DNA of 64,000 nt from Streptosporangiales bacterium (GTDB lineage Bacteria; Actinomycetota; Actinomycetes; Streptosporangiales; WHST01): assembly GCA_036378185.1 (NCBI GenBank), contig DASUWX010000234.1, forward strand, positions 17,120 to 81,119, in the 5' to 3' direction. The position numbers and the translations under genes are program-made. Shown in pieces: positions 40,260 through 50,409 of this stretch (position 1 is its first letter; every line of letters begins with the position of its first letter). The notes beneath the pieces are model-generated. The model was not told the origin of the DNA, did not search any database, and saw nothing but the letters and a program-made list of their open reading frames with translations.

Positions 40260-42866
40260 GTGAAAGCAATCCGCCGGATGAACGTCCGCACCTCGCTGCC
40301 CGAACGCCTGGGTGCGCTCGGCGCACTCGTGACCAACCTGCGTTGGTCCTGGCACGCGCCGACCCGAGCGCTCTTCGCGTCCGTCGATCCGCACATCTGG
40401 GAGGAAGTCAGGCACGATCCGTCCGCGCTGCTCGCCGAGGTGTCCGCAGAGCGCCTCGCCGCTCTGGCCCGGGACGAGGAGTTCCTCGGCCAGCTGGAGG
40501 CGGCGTACGAGGACCTCAGGCGCTACGTCACCGAGGACCGCTGGTTCCAGTCGCTGGCCGACGCGCCGCGCGCGATCGCGTACTTCTCGCCCGAGTTCGG
40601 GCTCACCGAGGTGCTGCCGCAGTACTCCGGCGGCCTCGGCATCCTCGCCGGCGACCACCTCAAGGCCGCGAGCGACCTGGGTATCCCGATCGTCGGACTC
40701 GGACTGCTGTACCGGCACGGATACTTCCGGCAGTCGCTGTCGCCCGAGGGCTGGCAGCAGGAGCAGTACCCGGCGGTCGACCCAGCCGGGTTGCCGCTGA
40801 CGCTCGTCCGCGGCGCCGACGGCGCGCCGCTGCGCATCTCCGTCGGGCTGCCCGGCGGGCGCGCCGTCCGGGCGCAGATCTGGCAGGCCGAGGTGGGCCG
40901 CGTGCCGCTGCTGCTGCTCGACTCCGACATCGAGGACAACGCGCCCGCCGAGCGTGAGGTCACCGACCGGCTCTACGGCGGCAGCACCGAGCACCGGCTG
41001 CTGCAGGAGATGCTGCTCGGCATCGGCGGCGTCCGCGCGATCCGCGCTTGGTGCGCGGTCAGCGGGCATCCGGCGCCCGAGGTGTTCCACACGAACGAGG
41101 GGCACGCCGGGTTCCTCGGCCTGGAGCGGATCCGCGAGCTCGTCGCGGAGGACGGCCTGGCCTTCGACCAGGCTCTCGAGGCGGTCCGCGCCGGCACCGT
41201 CTTCACCACGCACACGCCGGTGCCGGCCGGCATCGACCGGTTCCCCAGGGACCTCGTCGAGCGGCACTTCGGCGGCGACAACGCGTCCGAGGGGATGCCC
41301 GTCGAGCGCATCCTCGGGCTCGGCGCCGAGACCTACGACGGCGGCGACCCGGACGTGTTCAACATGGCCGTCATGGGGCTGCGGCTCGGCCAGCGGGCCA
41401 ACGGCGTGTCCCTGCTGCACGGACGGGTCAGCCGGGAGATGTTCGGCGGCCTGTGGCCCGGCTTCGACGTCGACGACGTGCCGATCACCTCGGTGACCAA
41501 CGGCGTGCACGAACGCACCTGGGCGGCCGACGAGATGCTCGCGCTCACCCATGCCAACGGCAACGACGGCGCGCGTGAGTTCGAGGCGGACGCCTGGCGG
41601 GAGGTCGTCGACGGGATCGACGACGCGACCATCTGGGCGACCCGCGCGAGCCTGCGCAGGCGGCTGGTCGGCGAGGCGAGGCGGCTGCTGCGGCAGTCCG
41701 CGTCGCAGCGCGGCGCGAGCGAGGCCGAGCTCTCGTGGGTCGACGACGCCCTCGACCCGGACGTCCTCACCATCGGCTTCGCCCGGCGCGTCCCGTCCTA
41801 CAAGCGGCTCACCCTGATGCTGTGCGACCAGGAGCGGCTGCGCGGCCTGCTGCTGCACCCGGAGCGGCCGATCCAGATCGTGATCGCCGGCAAGGCGCAC
41901 CCGGCCGACGACGGCGGCAAGAAGCTCATCCAGGAGATCGTCAGGTTCGCCGACGGGGCGGACGTGCGGCACCGGATCGTCTTCCTGCCCGACTACGACA
42001 TGGAGCTGGCCAGGTACCTCGTCGCCGGCTGCGACGTGTGGCTGAACAACCCGCTCCGGCCGCTCGAGGCGTGCGGCACGTCGGGCATGAAGTCGGCCCT
42101 CAACGGCGGGCTCAACCTGTCCATCCGCGACGGCTGGTGGGACGAGTGGTACGACGGCGGCGACGGCTGGGCCATCCCCAGTGCCGACAAGAACCCCGAC
42201 CCGCACCGGCGCGACGAGCTCGAGGCCGCCGCGATGTACGAGCTGATCGAGGAGCAGATCACACCCCGGTTCTACGACCGGGACGAGGCCGGCCTGCCCG
42301 GCCGCTGGATCGAGATGGTGCGGCACACGCTGCTCGAGGTGGGTCCGCGCGCGTCCGCGAACCGGATGCTCGTCGAGTACGTGACCCGGCTCTACACCCC
42401 GGCGTCGACGGCCTCGCGGGCGGTCGCGGCCGACGGCTACGCGGGCGCGCGGCGGCTGGCCGAGTGGAAGGACCGGGTCCGCAAGGCCTGGCCGGCCGTC
42501 CGTATCGAGCACGTCGAGGCCACCGGCTCGTTCGACGCTCCCGAGCTCGGCGGCGACGTGCCGCTCCGGGCGATCGTCACGCTCGGTGAGCTGACGCCGG
42601 ACGACGTCGACGTGCAGGCGGTGTACGGGCGGCTGGGCGAGTCGGACGAGATCGAGTCGCCCGGCTACCTGTCGCTGGGGATCGCGGAGGCCTACGACGG
42701 CGGCCGGTTCCGGTACGAGGGTGACGTGCCGCTCGACCGCACCGGCGCCTTCGGCTACACCGTCCGCGTGCTCCCGAAGCACGAACTGCTCGGCAGTCCC
42801 GCCGAGATGGGCATCGTCGTCGTGCCCGACGCGCCGGCCGGCATGACCAACGGAACGCTCAGGTAA
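40260..42866 (+). CDS. glgP: Alpha-glucan (glycogen/maltodextrin) phosphorylase, GT35
   Basis: GTG 40260 gives VKAIRRMNVRTSLPERLGAL...NLRWSWH, the typical actinobacterial GlgP N-terminus. PLP-lysine region TSGMKSALNG. Confidence 0.93.
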   Translation: MKAIRRMNVRTSLPERLGALGALVTNLRWSWHAPTRALFASVDPHIWEEVRHDPSALLAEVSAERLAALARDEEFLGQLEAAYEDLRRYVTEDRWFQSLADAPRAIAYFSPEFGLTEVLPQYSGGLGILAGDHLKAASDLGIPIVGLGLLYRHGYFRQSLSPEGWQQEQYPAVDPAGLPLTLVRGADGAPLRISVGLPGGRAVRAQIWQAEVGRVPLLLLDSDIEDNAPAEREVTDRLYGGSTEHRLLQEMLLGIGGVRAIRAWCAVSGHPAPEVFHTNEGHAGFLGLERIRELVAEDGLAFDQALEAVRAGTVFTTHTPVPAGIDRFPRDLVERHFGGDNASEGMPVERILGLGAETYDGGDPDVFNMAVMGLRLGQRANGVSLLHGRVSREMFGGLWPGFDVDDVPITSVTNGVHERTWAADEMLALTHANGNDGAREFEADAWREVVDGIDDATIWATRASLRRRLVGEARRLLRQSASQRGASEAELSWVDDALDPDVLTIGFARRVPSYKRLTLMLCDQERLRGLLLHPERPIQIVIAGKAHPADDGGKKLIQEIVRFADGADVRHRIVFLPDYDMELARYLVAGCDVWLNNPLRPLEACGTSGMKSALNGGLNLSIRDGWWDEWYDGGDGWAIPSADKNPDPHRRDELEAAAMYELIEEQITPRFYDRDEAGLPGRWIEMVRHTLLEVGPRASANRMLVEYVTRLYTPASTASRAVAADGYAGARRLAEWKDRVRKAWPAVRIEHVEATGSFDAPELGGDVPLRAIVTLGELTPDDVDVQAVYGRLGESDEIESPGYLSLGIAEAYDGGRFRYEGDVPLDRTGAFGYTVRVLPKHELLGSPAEMGIVVVPDAPAGMTNGTLR

Positions 42867-42884
42867 CCGGGCGCCCATACACCC

Positions 42885-42929
42885 TGAGGGGCACTTCCAC
42901 CGCGGATTGAACCGGTGGGGTGCCCCTCA
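42885..42929 (+). repeat. REP-like hairpin element, copy 2 (TGAGGGGCAC-N25-GTGCCCCTCA)
   Basis: 10-bp perfect outer arms plus an inner 6-bp helix CCACCG/CGGTGG. Begins 18 nt after the glgP stop. Confidence 0.7.
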
Positions 42930-43039
42930 CGTGTTCACCGGTGTCACACGGTGTTCAGGGGATTGACAGTGGAGATTGTTTACAGTTTGCTGTCTGCGCC
43001 GAGAGCCGTACGAACGATCGACACCAGGGGTTGATCCCG

Positions 43040-44641
43040 ATGAGTGCTCGGAAGATCCGCGTACTGGCAAGCGCGTTCGTCGCAGCCGCGACGCTCGCCG
43101 CGTGTTCCAATCCGACCGGCACGGGCGGTGGTGGTGGCGGCGGTGGCAGCAGTGCCCCCAAGAACGGGGGGACGGTCACCATCGGCCTCGCCGAGGCGCC
43201 GGACGTGCTCGACCCGACCGTGGCATCGACCTACGTCGGCCGGATCGTCTTCGCCAACATGTGCGAGAAGCTCTACGACGTCGACGCGAAGCTGAACCTC
43301 GTGCCGGAGCTGGCGGCCGCGATGCCGCAGATCAGCAACGGCGGCAAGACGTACACGATCAAGCTGAAGAGCGGCGTCAAGTTCAACGACGGCACGCCGC
43401 TCGACGCCAAGGCCGTGGTCACGACGCTGCACCACTACATGACCGACCCCAAGTCCGCGCGATCCGCCGAGCTCAGCGAGGTCAGCGACGTCACCGCCTC
43501 CGGCAGCGACACCGTGACGATCTCGCTCAAGCACCCGTTCGCGCCGCTGACGGCGATCCTCGCCGACCGGTCCGGCATGATCCTCTCGCCGAAGCAGCTC
43601 AGCAAGCTCGGCGACAAGTTCGGCACCGACCCCGTGTGCGTCGGGCCGTTCAAGTTCAAGGCCCGGCCGTCGAGCGACCAGATCCAGCTCGTCAAGTCGA
43701 ACGACTACTACGACAAGAGCAAGGTGCACCTGGCCGGCGTGAACTTCACCGTGGTCACGCAGCCGAACGTGCGCGCGGCGAACCTCCGCTCCGGCGACAT
43801 CGACATCGCCGACCGCGTGGCGCCGACCGACATCAACACGCTTAAGTCGGCCTCCGGCGTCAAGCTCGCGCCGGTGACCTCACTGGGCTACGACAGCATC
43901 AACGTCAACATCGGCAACAGCAAGGGCGCGGGCAAGCCGGGCAACAAGCCGGTGAACCTGCCGCTGGCGAACGCGAAGCTGCGGCAGGCGTTCGCGCTGT
44001 CCCTCGACCGCGACGCGATCAACAAGGTGGTCAACCAGGGCCAGTACGTACCCGGCTGCACCGCGATCTCGCCGGTCAACCCGTACTCGCCCGACATCAC
44101 CTGCCCCAAGCAGGACATCGCCAAGGCCAAGCAACTGGTGGCGCAGAGCGGCATGAAGACGCCGATCAAGGTGAAGCTGATCGTCCAGGCCGCCAACACG
44201 GAGGCGACCAAGCTCGGCACCGTCATCCAGTCGATGGCGAAGAAGGCGGGCTTCGACGTCAAGATCCAGCCCACGGAGTTCACCACGGCGCTGAGCCAGG
44301 CACAGGCGGGCAAGTTCGAGGCGTTCAACGTCGGCTGGTCGGGGCGGCTCGACCCGGACCAGAACATCGCGCCCTTCTACGACCCGACGAGCGCGCTCAA
44401 CTACACCGGCTCGAACTCCCCCCAGATCCTGAAGCTGATCGCGCAGGAACGGGCCACGACCGACATGGCCAAGCGCAAGCAGATCTTCAAGGAGCTGGCC
44501 CAGGCCACGCTCAACGAGGGCTCCATCATCTACCTCGACTACCCGAAGGTCGTGATGGGCTACCGGACGAGCGTCACCGGGATCGCCTACTACGGCGACG
44601 GGATGATCCGGTTGAAGACGGCGGCCAAGACGAGCGGCTGA
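43040..44641 (+). CDS. ABC transporter substrate-binding lipoprotein, family 5 (peptide/nickel type)
   Basis: Signal peptide with lipobox (AATLAACS), Gly-rich linker, then an SBP family 5 fold. First gene of the operon. Confidence 0.92.
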   Translation: MSARKIRVLASAFVAAATLAACSNPTGTGGGGGGGGSSAPKNGGTVTIGLAEAPDVLDPTVASTYVGRIVFANMCEKLYDVDAKLNLVPELAAAMPQISNGGKTYTIKLKSGVKFNDGTPLDAKAVVTTLHHYMTDPKSARSAELSEVSDVTASGSDTVTISLKHPFAPLTAILADRSGMILSPKQLSKLGDKFGTDPVCVGPFKFKARPSSDQIQLVKSNDYYDKSKVHLAGVNFTVVTQPNVRAANLRSGDIDIADRVAPTDINTLKSASGVKLAPVTSLGYDSINVNIGNSKGAGKPGNKPVNLPLANAKLRQAFALSLDRDAINKVVNQGQYVPGCTAISPVNPYSPDITCPKQDIAKAKQLVAQSGMKTPIKVKLIVQAANTEATKLGTVIQSMAKKAGFDVKIQPTEFTTALSQAQAGKFEAFNVGWSGRLDPDQNIAPFYDPTSALNYTGSNSPQILKLIAQERATTDMAKRKQIFKELAQATLNEGSIIYLDYPKVVMGYRTSVTGIAYYGDGMIRLKTAAKTSG

Positions 44642-44653
44642 GGCGCGACCCGC

Positions 44654-45610
44654 ATGCGCTGGTACGTACTGCGCCGGATCGGCATCTCGCTGATCACGCT
44701 GTTCGCCGCGACGATCGTCGTGTTCGTCGGTGTGAGGGCGCTACCCGGTGACCCCGCGGTGGCGCTCTCCGCCGAGGGCACGAGCCCACAGGCCTTGCAG
44801 GCGATTCGCGTCGAGTACGGGCTGGACAAGCCCCTGCCCGTGCAGTACGCGCTCTGGCTGTGGCAGGGCCTGCACGGCAACCTCGGCACGTCGCCGAAGA
44901 CGGGCCTGTCGGTCACGCAGACGCTGGCCGAGCGGCTGCCGATCACGTTCGAGCTGACCCTGCTCGCACTGATCATCGCCGTCGTCATCGGTGTGCCGGT
45001 CGGCGTGCTCGCCGCGGTGCGCCGGGGCTCGCTGCCCGACTACGTGTGCAGCACGGTGGCGCTCGGCGGGTTGTCGGTGCCGCACTTCTGGCTCGGCATC
45101 CTGCTGATCCTCGCGTTCGCCGTGCACTACCCGGTGCTACCGGCGTCCGGGTTCGTGCCGCTCACCGATCCGGCGGCCAACCTCGCGCACATGATCATGC
45201 CCGCCGTCGTGCTCGGCACCGGTCTCGCCGCCGTCATCATGCGGCAGATGCGGTCGGCGATGCTCGAGTCGCTCGGCGCCGACTACGTGCGCACGGCGCG
45301 GGCGAAGGGCATGGGCGAGTGGACGGTCATCGGCATCCACGCGCTGCGGAACAGCCTCGTCACCGTCGTCACGGTGGTCGGGCTGCAACTCGGCACGCTG
45401 ATCTCCGGTGCCGTCGTCACGGAGCAGATCTTCGTGATTCCCGGCATCGGCAAGCTCACCATCGACTCGGTCTTCAACCGGGACTACCCGTCGCTCCAGG
45501 GCGTCGTGATCATCACGGCGCTCGCGTACATCCTCGCCAACCTGCTCGTGGACGTCATGTACTCGGTGCTCAACCCCCGCATCCGCGTCGTCGGAGGTGG
45601 CCGCTCATGA
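44654..45610 (+). CDS. ABC transporter permease, DppB/OppB-like
   Basis: Six-TM permease with an EAA region (ADYVRTARAKGMGEWTVIGIHALRNSLVTVVT). Confidence 0.93.
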   Translation: MRWYVLRRIGISLITLFAATIVVFVGVRALPGDPAVALSAEGTSPQALQAIRVEYGLDKPLPVQYALWLWQGLHGNLGTSPKTGLSVTQTLAERLPITFELTLLALIIAVVIGVPVGVLAAVRRGSLPDYVCSTVALGGLSVPHFWLGILLILAFAVHYPVLPASGFVPLTDPAANLAHMIMPAVVLGTGLAAVIMRQMRSAMLESLGADYVRTARAKGMGEWTVIGIHALRNSLVTVVTVVGLQLGTLISGAVVTEQIFVIPGIGKLTIDSVFNRDYPSLQGVVIITALAYILANLLVDVMYSVLNPRIRVVGGGRS

Positions 45611-45720
45611 CCTTGCAACCCGCCTCACTCCCGCGCTCCGCTCCTCGCTCACATCTCATGGGTACGCGGCGTACGGGATTCGTACTCGCTGCGATGCTCA
45701 CGCGGGAGCTCGGCTCGTGA
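45607..45720 (+). repeat. MIRU-like intercistronic repeat, copy A, with a 37-codon bridging ORF
   Basis: ATG 45607 overlaps the permease TGA (ATGA), and TGA 45718-45720 overlaps the next GTG (GTGA). Peptide [37 protein letters not shown]. Collinear without gaps with copy B. Confidence 0.75.
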
Positions 45721-46592
45721 CCACCCTCAACGTGCTCGTCGACGCCCCGGTCGCCCGCGGTCACCGGCTGCGCCGCAGGTTCACCAGGCGGCCGCCCGCG
45801 GTGGTCGGCCTGATCGGCGTGACCATCGCGGTCGTCGTCGCGCTGTTCGCGCCGTGGATCACGCCGCACGACCCGGACGCGTCCAACTACTCCGCGATCC
45901 TGCTGCCGCCGTTCAGCCACGGTCACCTGCTGGGCACGGACGACGTCGGCCGCGACATGCTGTCGCGGCTCATCGTCGGCTCCCGTGCGTCGTTGACCGC
46001 CGGCGTGCTCTCGACGGTGCTGGCGCTCGTGGTGGCCGTGCCGGTGGGGATGGCCGCCGGGTACTACCGCGGCTGGATCGACCCGATCATCTCCCGGATC
46101 ACCGACGTCGTGCTGTCGTTCCCGTTCCTCATCCTGGCCGTCGGCCTCGCCGCGATCGTCGGCCCGTCGCTGACGAACGAGACGGTCGCGCTGGCCGTCG
46201 CGCAGCTGCCCGGCTTCGTCCGGATCACCCGCGGCGAGGTACTCGGCCTGCGCGAGGAGGAGTACGTTCAGGCCGCGGTGGTCAACGGCGCGCCTGACCG
46301 CGTCGTGCTGTTCCGGCACATCCTGCCCAACACGCTGAACGCGCTCGTCGTGCAGGCGACCGTCGCGATCCCCGGCGCGATCATCGGCGCCGCTGTGCTG
46401 TCGTTCCTGGGCCTCGGCGAGCAGCCGCCCACACCGAGCTGGGGCACGATGCTCTCCGACGCGCAGCAGTACCTGAGCCAGGACCCCTGGTTCGCCGTCT
46501 TCCCCGGGCTGGCCATCGCACTGACCACGTTGTGCTTCAACATGTTCGGCGACGGCCTGCGCGACGTCCTCGACGTGCGGATGCGCTCATGA
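45717..46592 (+). CDS. ABC transporter permease, DppC/OppC-like
   Basis: GTG 45717 gives a normal-length N-terminus. The ORF also opens at ATG 45597, but that extension is the repeat read in another frame. Confidence 0.88.
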   Translation: MTTLNVLVDAPVARGHRLRRRFTRRPPAVVGLIGVTIAVVVALFAPWITPHDPDASNYSAILLPPFSHGHLLGTDDVGRDMLSRLIVGSRASLTAGVLSTVLALVVAVPVGMAAGYYRGWIDPIISRITDVVLSFPFLILAVGLAAIVGPSLTNETVALAVAQLPGFVRITRGEVLGLREEEYVQAAVVNGAPDRVVLFRHILPNTLNALVVQATVAIPGAIIGAAVLSFLGLGEQPPTPSWGTMLSDAQQYLSQDPWFAVFPGLAIALTTLCFNMFGDGLRDVLDVRMRS

Positions 46593-47614
46593 GCACCCAC
46601 GACAGCGCCGGCGACCGGCTGTCCGTCACCGACCTCACCGTCCGGTTCGACAGCGACGACGGCAACGTGCTCGCCGTCGACGGCGTCTCGTTCGCGGTAC
46701 GGCCGGGCGGCGTCGTCGCGCTGGTCGGGGAGTCGGGTTGCGGCAAGTCGGTCACCGCCATGTCGATCCTCGGCCTGCTGCCGCCGACGGCCAGGCGCAC
46801 CGGCAGCGTCCAGCTGGAGGGCCGCGAGCTGAGTCGGCTGCCCGAGCGCTCGCTGCGTGAGGTGAGGGGCCGGGAGATCTCGATGATCTTCCAGGAGCCG
46901 ATGACGTCGCTGAACCCGTCGTTCACCGTCGGCTTCCAGATCGGCGAGGTCCTGCGCCGGCACATGGGCCTGTCCCGCATCGAGGCGCGGCGGCGTGCGA
47001 TCGAGCTGCTCGACCTGGTGCGCATTCCCGCCGCGGACAAGCGGGTGCAGGACTACCCACACCAGATGTCCGGCGGCATGCGGCAGCGCGTGATGATCGC
47101 CATGGCCGTCGCGTGCGACCCCAAGGTGCTGCTCGCGGACGAGCCGACGACGGCGCTCGACGTCACGATCCAGGCGCAGGTGCTCGACATCATGCGCGAC
47201 CTGCGCGACCGGCTCGGCACGTCGATCGTGATGATCACGCACGACCTCGGGGTCGTGGCCGACATCGCCGACGAGGTCGTCGTGATGTACGCGGGGCACG
47301 TCGTCGAGTCCGGTGACGTCGACTCGGTGTTCGCCAACCCGCAGCACCCGTACACGATCGGCCTGCTCGGCTCGGTGCCGCGCCCGGACCTCGGCCGGGG
47401 CGACGGGACGGCACGGCTGAAGGAGATCCCGGGCATCGTCCCGACGCTGCACGCGCGGCCGGACGAGTGCGTGTTCGCGCCGCGGTGCCCGCGCGCCGAC
47501 GACGCCTGCCTGGCCGCGATGCCCGCACTCGAGGAGACCGCGCCGGGGCAGCGGGCGGCGTGCGTCCACCCGGGTCCTGCGTGGGAGCGAGGTGGTGTGC
47601 GTGTCGGCGAGTGA
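46589..47614 (+). CDS. ABC transporter ATP-binding protein (DppD-like)
   Basis: ATG 46589 overlaps the upstream stop. Walker A GESGCGKS, signature MSGGMRQR, Walker [12 protein letters not shown]. Confidence 0.92.
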   Translation: MSTHDSAGDRLSVTDLTVRFDSDDGNVLAVDGVSFAVRPGGVVALVGESGCGKSVTAMSILGLLPPTARRTGSVQLEGRELSRLPERSLREVRGREISMIFQEPMTSLNPSFTVGFQIGEVLRRHMGLSRIEARRRAIELLDLVRIPAADKRVQDYPHQMSGGMRQRVMIAMAVACDPKVLLADEPTTALDVTIQAQVLDIMRDLRDRLGTSIVMITHDLGVVADIADEVVVMYAGHVVESGDVDSVFANPQHPYTIGLLGSVPRPDLGRGDGTARLKEIPGIVPTLHARPDECVFAPRCPRADDACLAAMPALEETAPGQRAACVHPGPAWERGGVRVGE

Positions 47615-48638
47615 GCCCGTGCTCGAGGTGACCGGCCTGACCAAGCACTTCGACGTGCCCCGCAGCCGCGGAGGCGGCGTCGTGCACGCCGTCGACGGCG
47701 TCGACCTCACCGTCGGGGCGGGCGAGATCGTCGGCCTGGTCGGCGAGTCCGGCAGCGGGAAGTCCACCGTGGCGCGCTGCATCGTCCGGTTGCTCGAACC
47801 CACCGCCGGCCGGATCCGGTTGCACGGCAAGGACGTCACGCACGTGTCCAGGCGCGGCATGCGGTCGCTGCGCCGGCAGGTGCACATGGTGTTCCAGGAC
47901 CCGTACTCCTCGCTCGACCCCCGGACGCAGGTCGGCGACATCGTCTCGGAACCGTTGCGGATGCACGGCATCGCGCGCGGGCGCGAGGTGGGTCGCCGGG
48001 TCGGCGAGATGCTCGAGCGGGTCGGGCTCTCGGCCGACATGCGCCGCCGCTACCCGCACGAGCTGTCCGGCGGCCAGCGCCAGCGGGTCGGCCTCGCGCG
48101 CTCGCTCGTGCTCGGCCCCAGCCTGCTCGTCGCGGACGAGCCGGTGTCCGCGCTGGACGTGTCGGTGCAGGCATCGATCATCAACCTGGTGCTCGACCTG
48201 CAGCGCGACATGGGGTTCAGCTGCCTGTTCGTCGCCCACGACCTGTCGACGGTCGAGTTCCTCTGCAACCGGGTGTACGTCATGTACCTCGGTCACATCG
48301 TCGAGGAGGGCAGCCGCGACCAGATGTTCGACGCGCCGCGGCACCCGTACACGCAGTCCCTGCTCTCCGCCGTCGCGCTGCCCGACCCCAAGCTCCAACG
48401 GGAACGCCGGCGCGTCGTCCTACCAGGAGACGTGCCCAGCCCGATCGAACCGCCGTCCGGGTGCCGGTTCCACACCAGGTGCCCGGTCGCGGAGCTGCCG
48501 CTGTGCCGTGACCGCGTGCCCGACCTCGTCGAGCACACCGGCGACGGGCACCGCGCGGCATGTCATCTGGTCGGCGCCGACGGTCGCGCGCCGGACGTAT
48601 CGGGAGGAGCGGATCCGCTTGTTCACCACCAGACCTGA
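47592..48638 (+). CDS. ABC transporter ATP-binding protein (DppF-like)
   Basis: Walker A GESGSGKS, signature LSGGQRQR, Walker [12 protein letters not shown]. Confidence 0.92.
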   Translation: MVCVSASEPVLEVTGLTKHFDVPRSRGGGVVHAVDGVDLTVGAGEIVGLVGESGSGKSTVARCIVRLLEPTAGRIRLHGKDVTHVSRRGMRSLRRQVHMVFQDPYSSLDPRTQVGDIVSEPLRMHGIARGREVGRRVGEMLERVGLSADMRRRYPHELSGGQRQRVGLARSLVLGPSLLVADEPVSALDVSVQASIINLVLDLQRDMGFSCLFVAHDLSTVEFLCNRVYVMYLGHIVEEGSRDQMFDAPRHPYTQSLLSAVALPDPKLQRERRRVVLPGDVPSPIEPPSGCRFHTRCPVAELPLCRDRVPDLVEHTGDGHRAACHLVGADGRAPDVSGGADPLVHHQT

Positions 48639-50403
48639 GCTGGCCGGCGCGTTCGGCATGGTCGCCTCGACGCACTGGCTGGCGTCGCAGGCGGGCATGG
48701 CCGTGCTCGAGAAGGGCGGCAACGCCTTCGACGCGGCCGTCGCGGCCGGCTTCGTGCTCCAGGTGGTCGAACCCCATCTCAACGGCCCCGCGGGCGAGGT
48801 GCCGATCATCGGCTGGGACGCGCGGGGCGACCGGCCGTTCGTGGTGTGCGGGCAGGGCACCGCGCCGGAGCTCGCGACCATCGACGCGTTCCGCGACCTC
48901 GGCCTCGACCTCGTCCCGGGCACGGGCCCGCTCGCCGCCTGCGTGCCCGGGGCGTTCGGCGCGTGGCTGTTGCTGCTGCGCGACCACGGCACGCTGAAGC
49001 CCGCGGACGTCATGGAGTACGCCGTCGGTTACGCCGAGAACGGCTTCCCCGTCGTGTCGCGCATCGAGCAGACGGTGGCGACGGTCGCGGACCTGTTCCG
49101 CGACCACTGGACCACGTCCGCCGAGCTCTGGCTGCCGAACGGAGCGCCGCCGCCGGCCGGCACCATGTTCTGCAACCCCGAGCTCGCCGCCACCTACCGC
49201 CGCGTGCTGGACGAGGCGGCCGCGGCGGGATCCGACCGCGAGGCACAGATCGAGGCGGCGCGGGCGGCGTTCTACGAGGGCTTCGTGGCGGAGACGCTGG
49301 GGGAGTTCGTCGAGAAGACGGCCGTGATGGACGTCAGCGGCACACCGCACACCGGGCTGCTGCGCGCGAGCGACCTCGCGTCCTGGCGCGCGAGCATCGA
49401 GGAGCCCGTGGCGTACGACTACCACGGCCACACGGTGCTGAAGGCCGGGCCGTGGACGCAGGGCCCGGTGTTCCTGCAGCAGCTCGCGCTGCTCGCCGAC
49501 GTCGACCTCGCGGCGTACGGCCCGAACTCGCCGGAGTTCGTCCACGTCGTCACGGAGAGCGCGAAGCTCGCCTTCGCCGACCGCGAGGCGTACTACGGCG
49601 ACCCGGCGTTCGTGGACGTGCCGCTCGACGAGCTGTTGTCGGCCGGCTACAACGACGAGCGCAGGCGGCTGGTCGGCGACACCGCCGACGTCGGTGCGCT
49701 GCGGCCGGGCAGCCCGGGCGGCCGGACGCCCAGGCTGGCCGAGATCACCGGCCGGCCGGTCGAGGGCGAGGAACAGGGTGCGGTCGGCGAGCCCACCGTG
49801 CGGGCGTCCGGTGAGACCCGCGGCGACACGTGCCATGTCGACGTGGTCGACCGGTGGGGCAACATGATCAGCGCGACGCCGAGCGGCGGCTGGCTGCAGA
49901 GCTCTCCCGTCGTGCCCGGCCTGGGCTTCCCGCTCGGCACCCGCGCGCAGATGTTCTGGCTCGAGGAGGGTCTGCCCGGCTCGCTGGCGCCGGGCAAGCG
50001 GCCGCGCAGCACGCTGACCCCGTCGTTCGCGCTGCGCGACGGTGCGCCGTACCTCGCCTTCGGCACGCCGGGCGGCGACCAGCAGGACCAGTGGTCGCTG
50101 CTGCTGTTCCTGCGGCACGTCCACCACGGGCTCAATCTGCAGGAGGCGATCGACGCACCCGCGTGGCACTCGGCGCACTTCCCGTCGTCGTTCTACCCGC
50201 GGGCGGCCGAGCCGGGGAAGCTGGTCGTCGAGGACCGGCTGGGGGAGGCCGCGATCGAGGCGTTGCGGGAACGCGGCCACCGCGTGTCGGTGACCGACGG
50301 CTGGTCGCTCGGCCGGCTCAGCGCGGTGAGCCGGGACGCCGCCGGCACGCTGCGGGCCGGAGCCAATCCGCGCGGCATGCAGGGCTACGCGGTGGGGCGT
50401 TGA
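48619..50403 (+). CDS. Gamma-glutamyltransferase family protein
   Basis: TTG 48619 lies 9 nt after GGGAGGAG and gives [22 protein letters not shown], a typical N-terminus of this family. Autoprocessing/nucleophile Thr region GDTCHVDVVDRWGNMISATPSGG. Confidence 0.86.
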   Translation: MFTTRPELAGAFGMVASTHWLASQAGMAVLEKGGNAFDAAVAAGFVLQVVEPHLNGPAGEVPIIGWDARGDRPFVVCGQGTAPELATIDAFRDLGLDLVPGTGPLAACVPGAFGAWLLLLRDHGTLKPADVMEYAVGYAENGFPVVSRIEQTVATVADLFRDHWTTSAELWLPNGAPPPAGTMFCNPELAATYRRVLDEAAAAGSDREAQIEAARAAFYEGFVAETLGEFVEKTAVMDVSGTPHTGLLRASDLASWRASIEEPVAYDYHGHTVLKAGPWTQGPVFLQQLALLADVDLAAYGPNSPEFVHVVTESAKLAFADREAYYGDPAFVDVPLDELLSAGYNDERRRLVGDTADVGALRPGSPGGRTPRLAEITGRPVEGEEQGAVGEPTVRASGETRGDTCHVDVVDRWGNMISATPSGGWLQSSPVVPGLGFPLGTRAQMFWLEEGLPGSLAPGKRPRSTLTPSFALRDGAPYLAFGTPGGDQQDQWSLLLFLRHVHHGLNLQEAIDAPAWHSAHFPSSFYPRAAEPGKLVVEDRLGEAAIEALRERGHRVSVTDGWSLGRLSAVSRDAAGTLRAGANPRGMQGYAVGR

Positions 50404-50409
50404 CGACGT

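Noticed and set aside
42963-42991. TTGACA (42963-42968) as a canonical -35 element for the ABC operon promoter.
   Set aside because: No acceptable TANNNT hexamer lies 16-18 nt downstream (TTTGCT at 17 nt). TACAGT lies only 12 nt away. I kept it only as part of a repeat-rich control region.
45597-45716. ATG 45597 as the true start of the second permease, which would give it a 40-aa N-terminal extension.
   Set aside because: The extension is the repeat element read in a different frame. Copy B of the same element cannot be read into mnmA, because that frame is closed. GTG 45717 gives a normal permease N-terminus. It is still formally possible.
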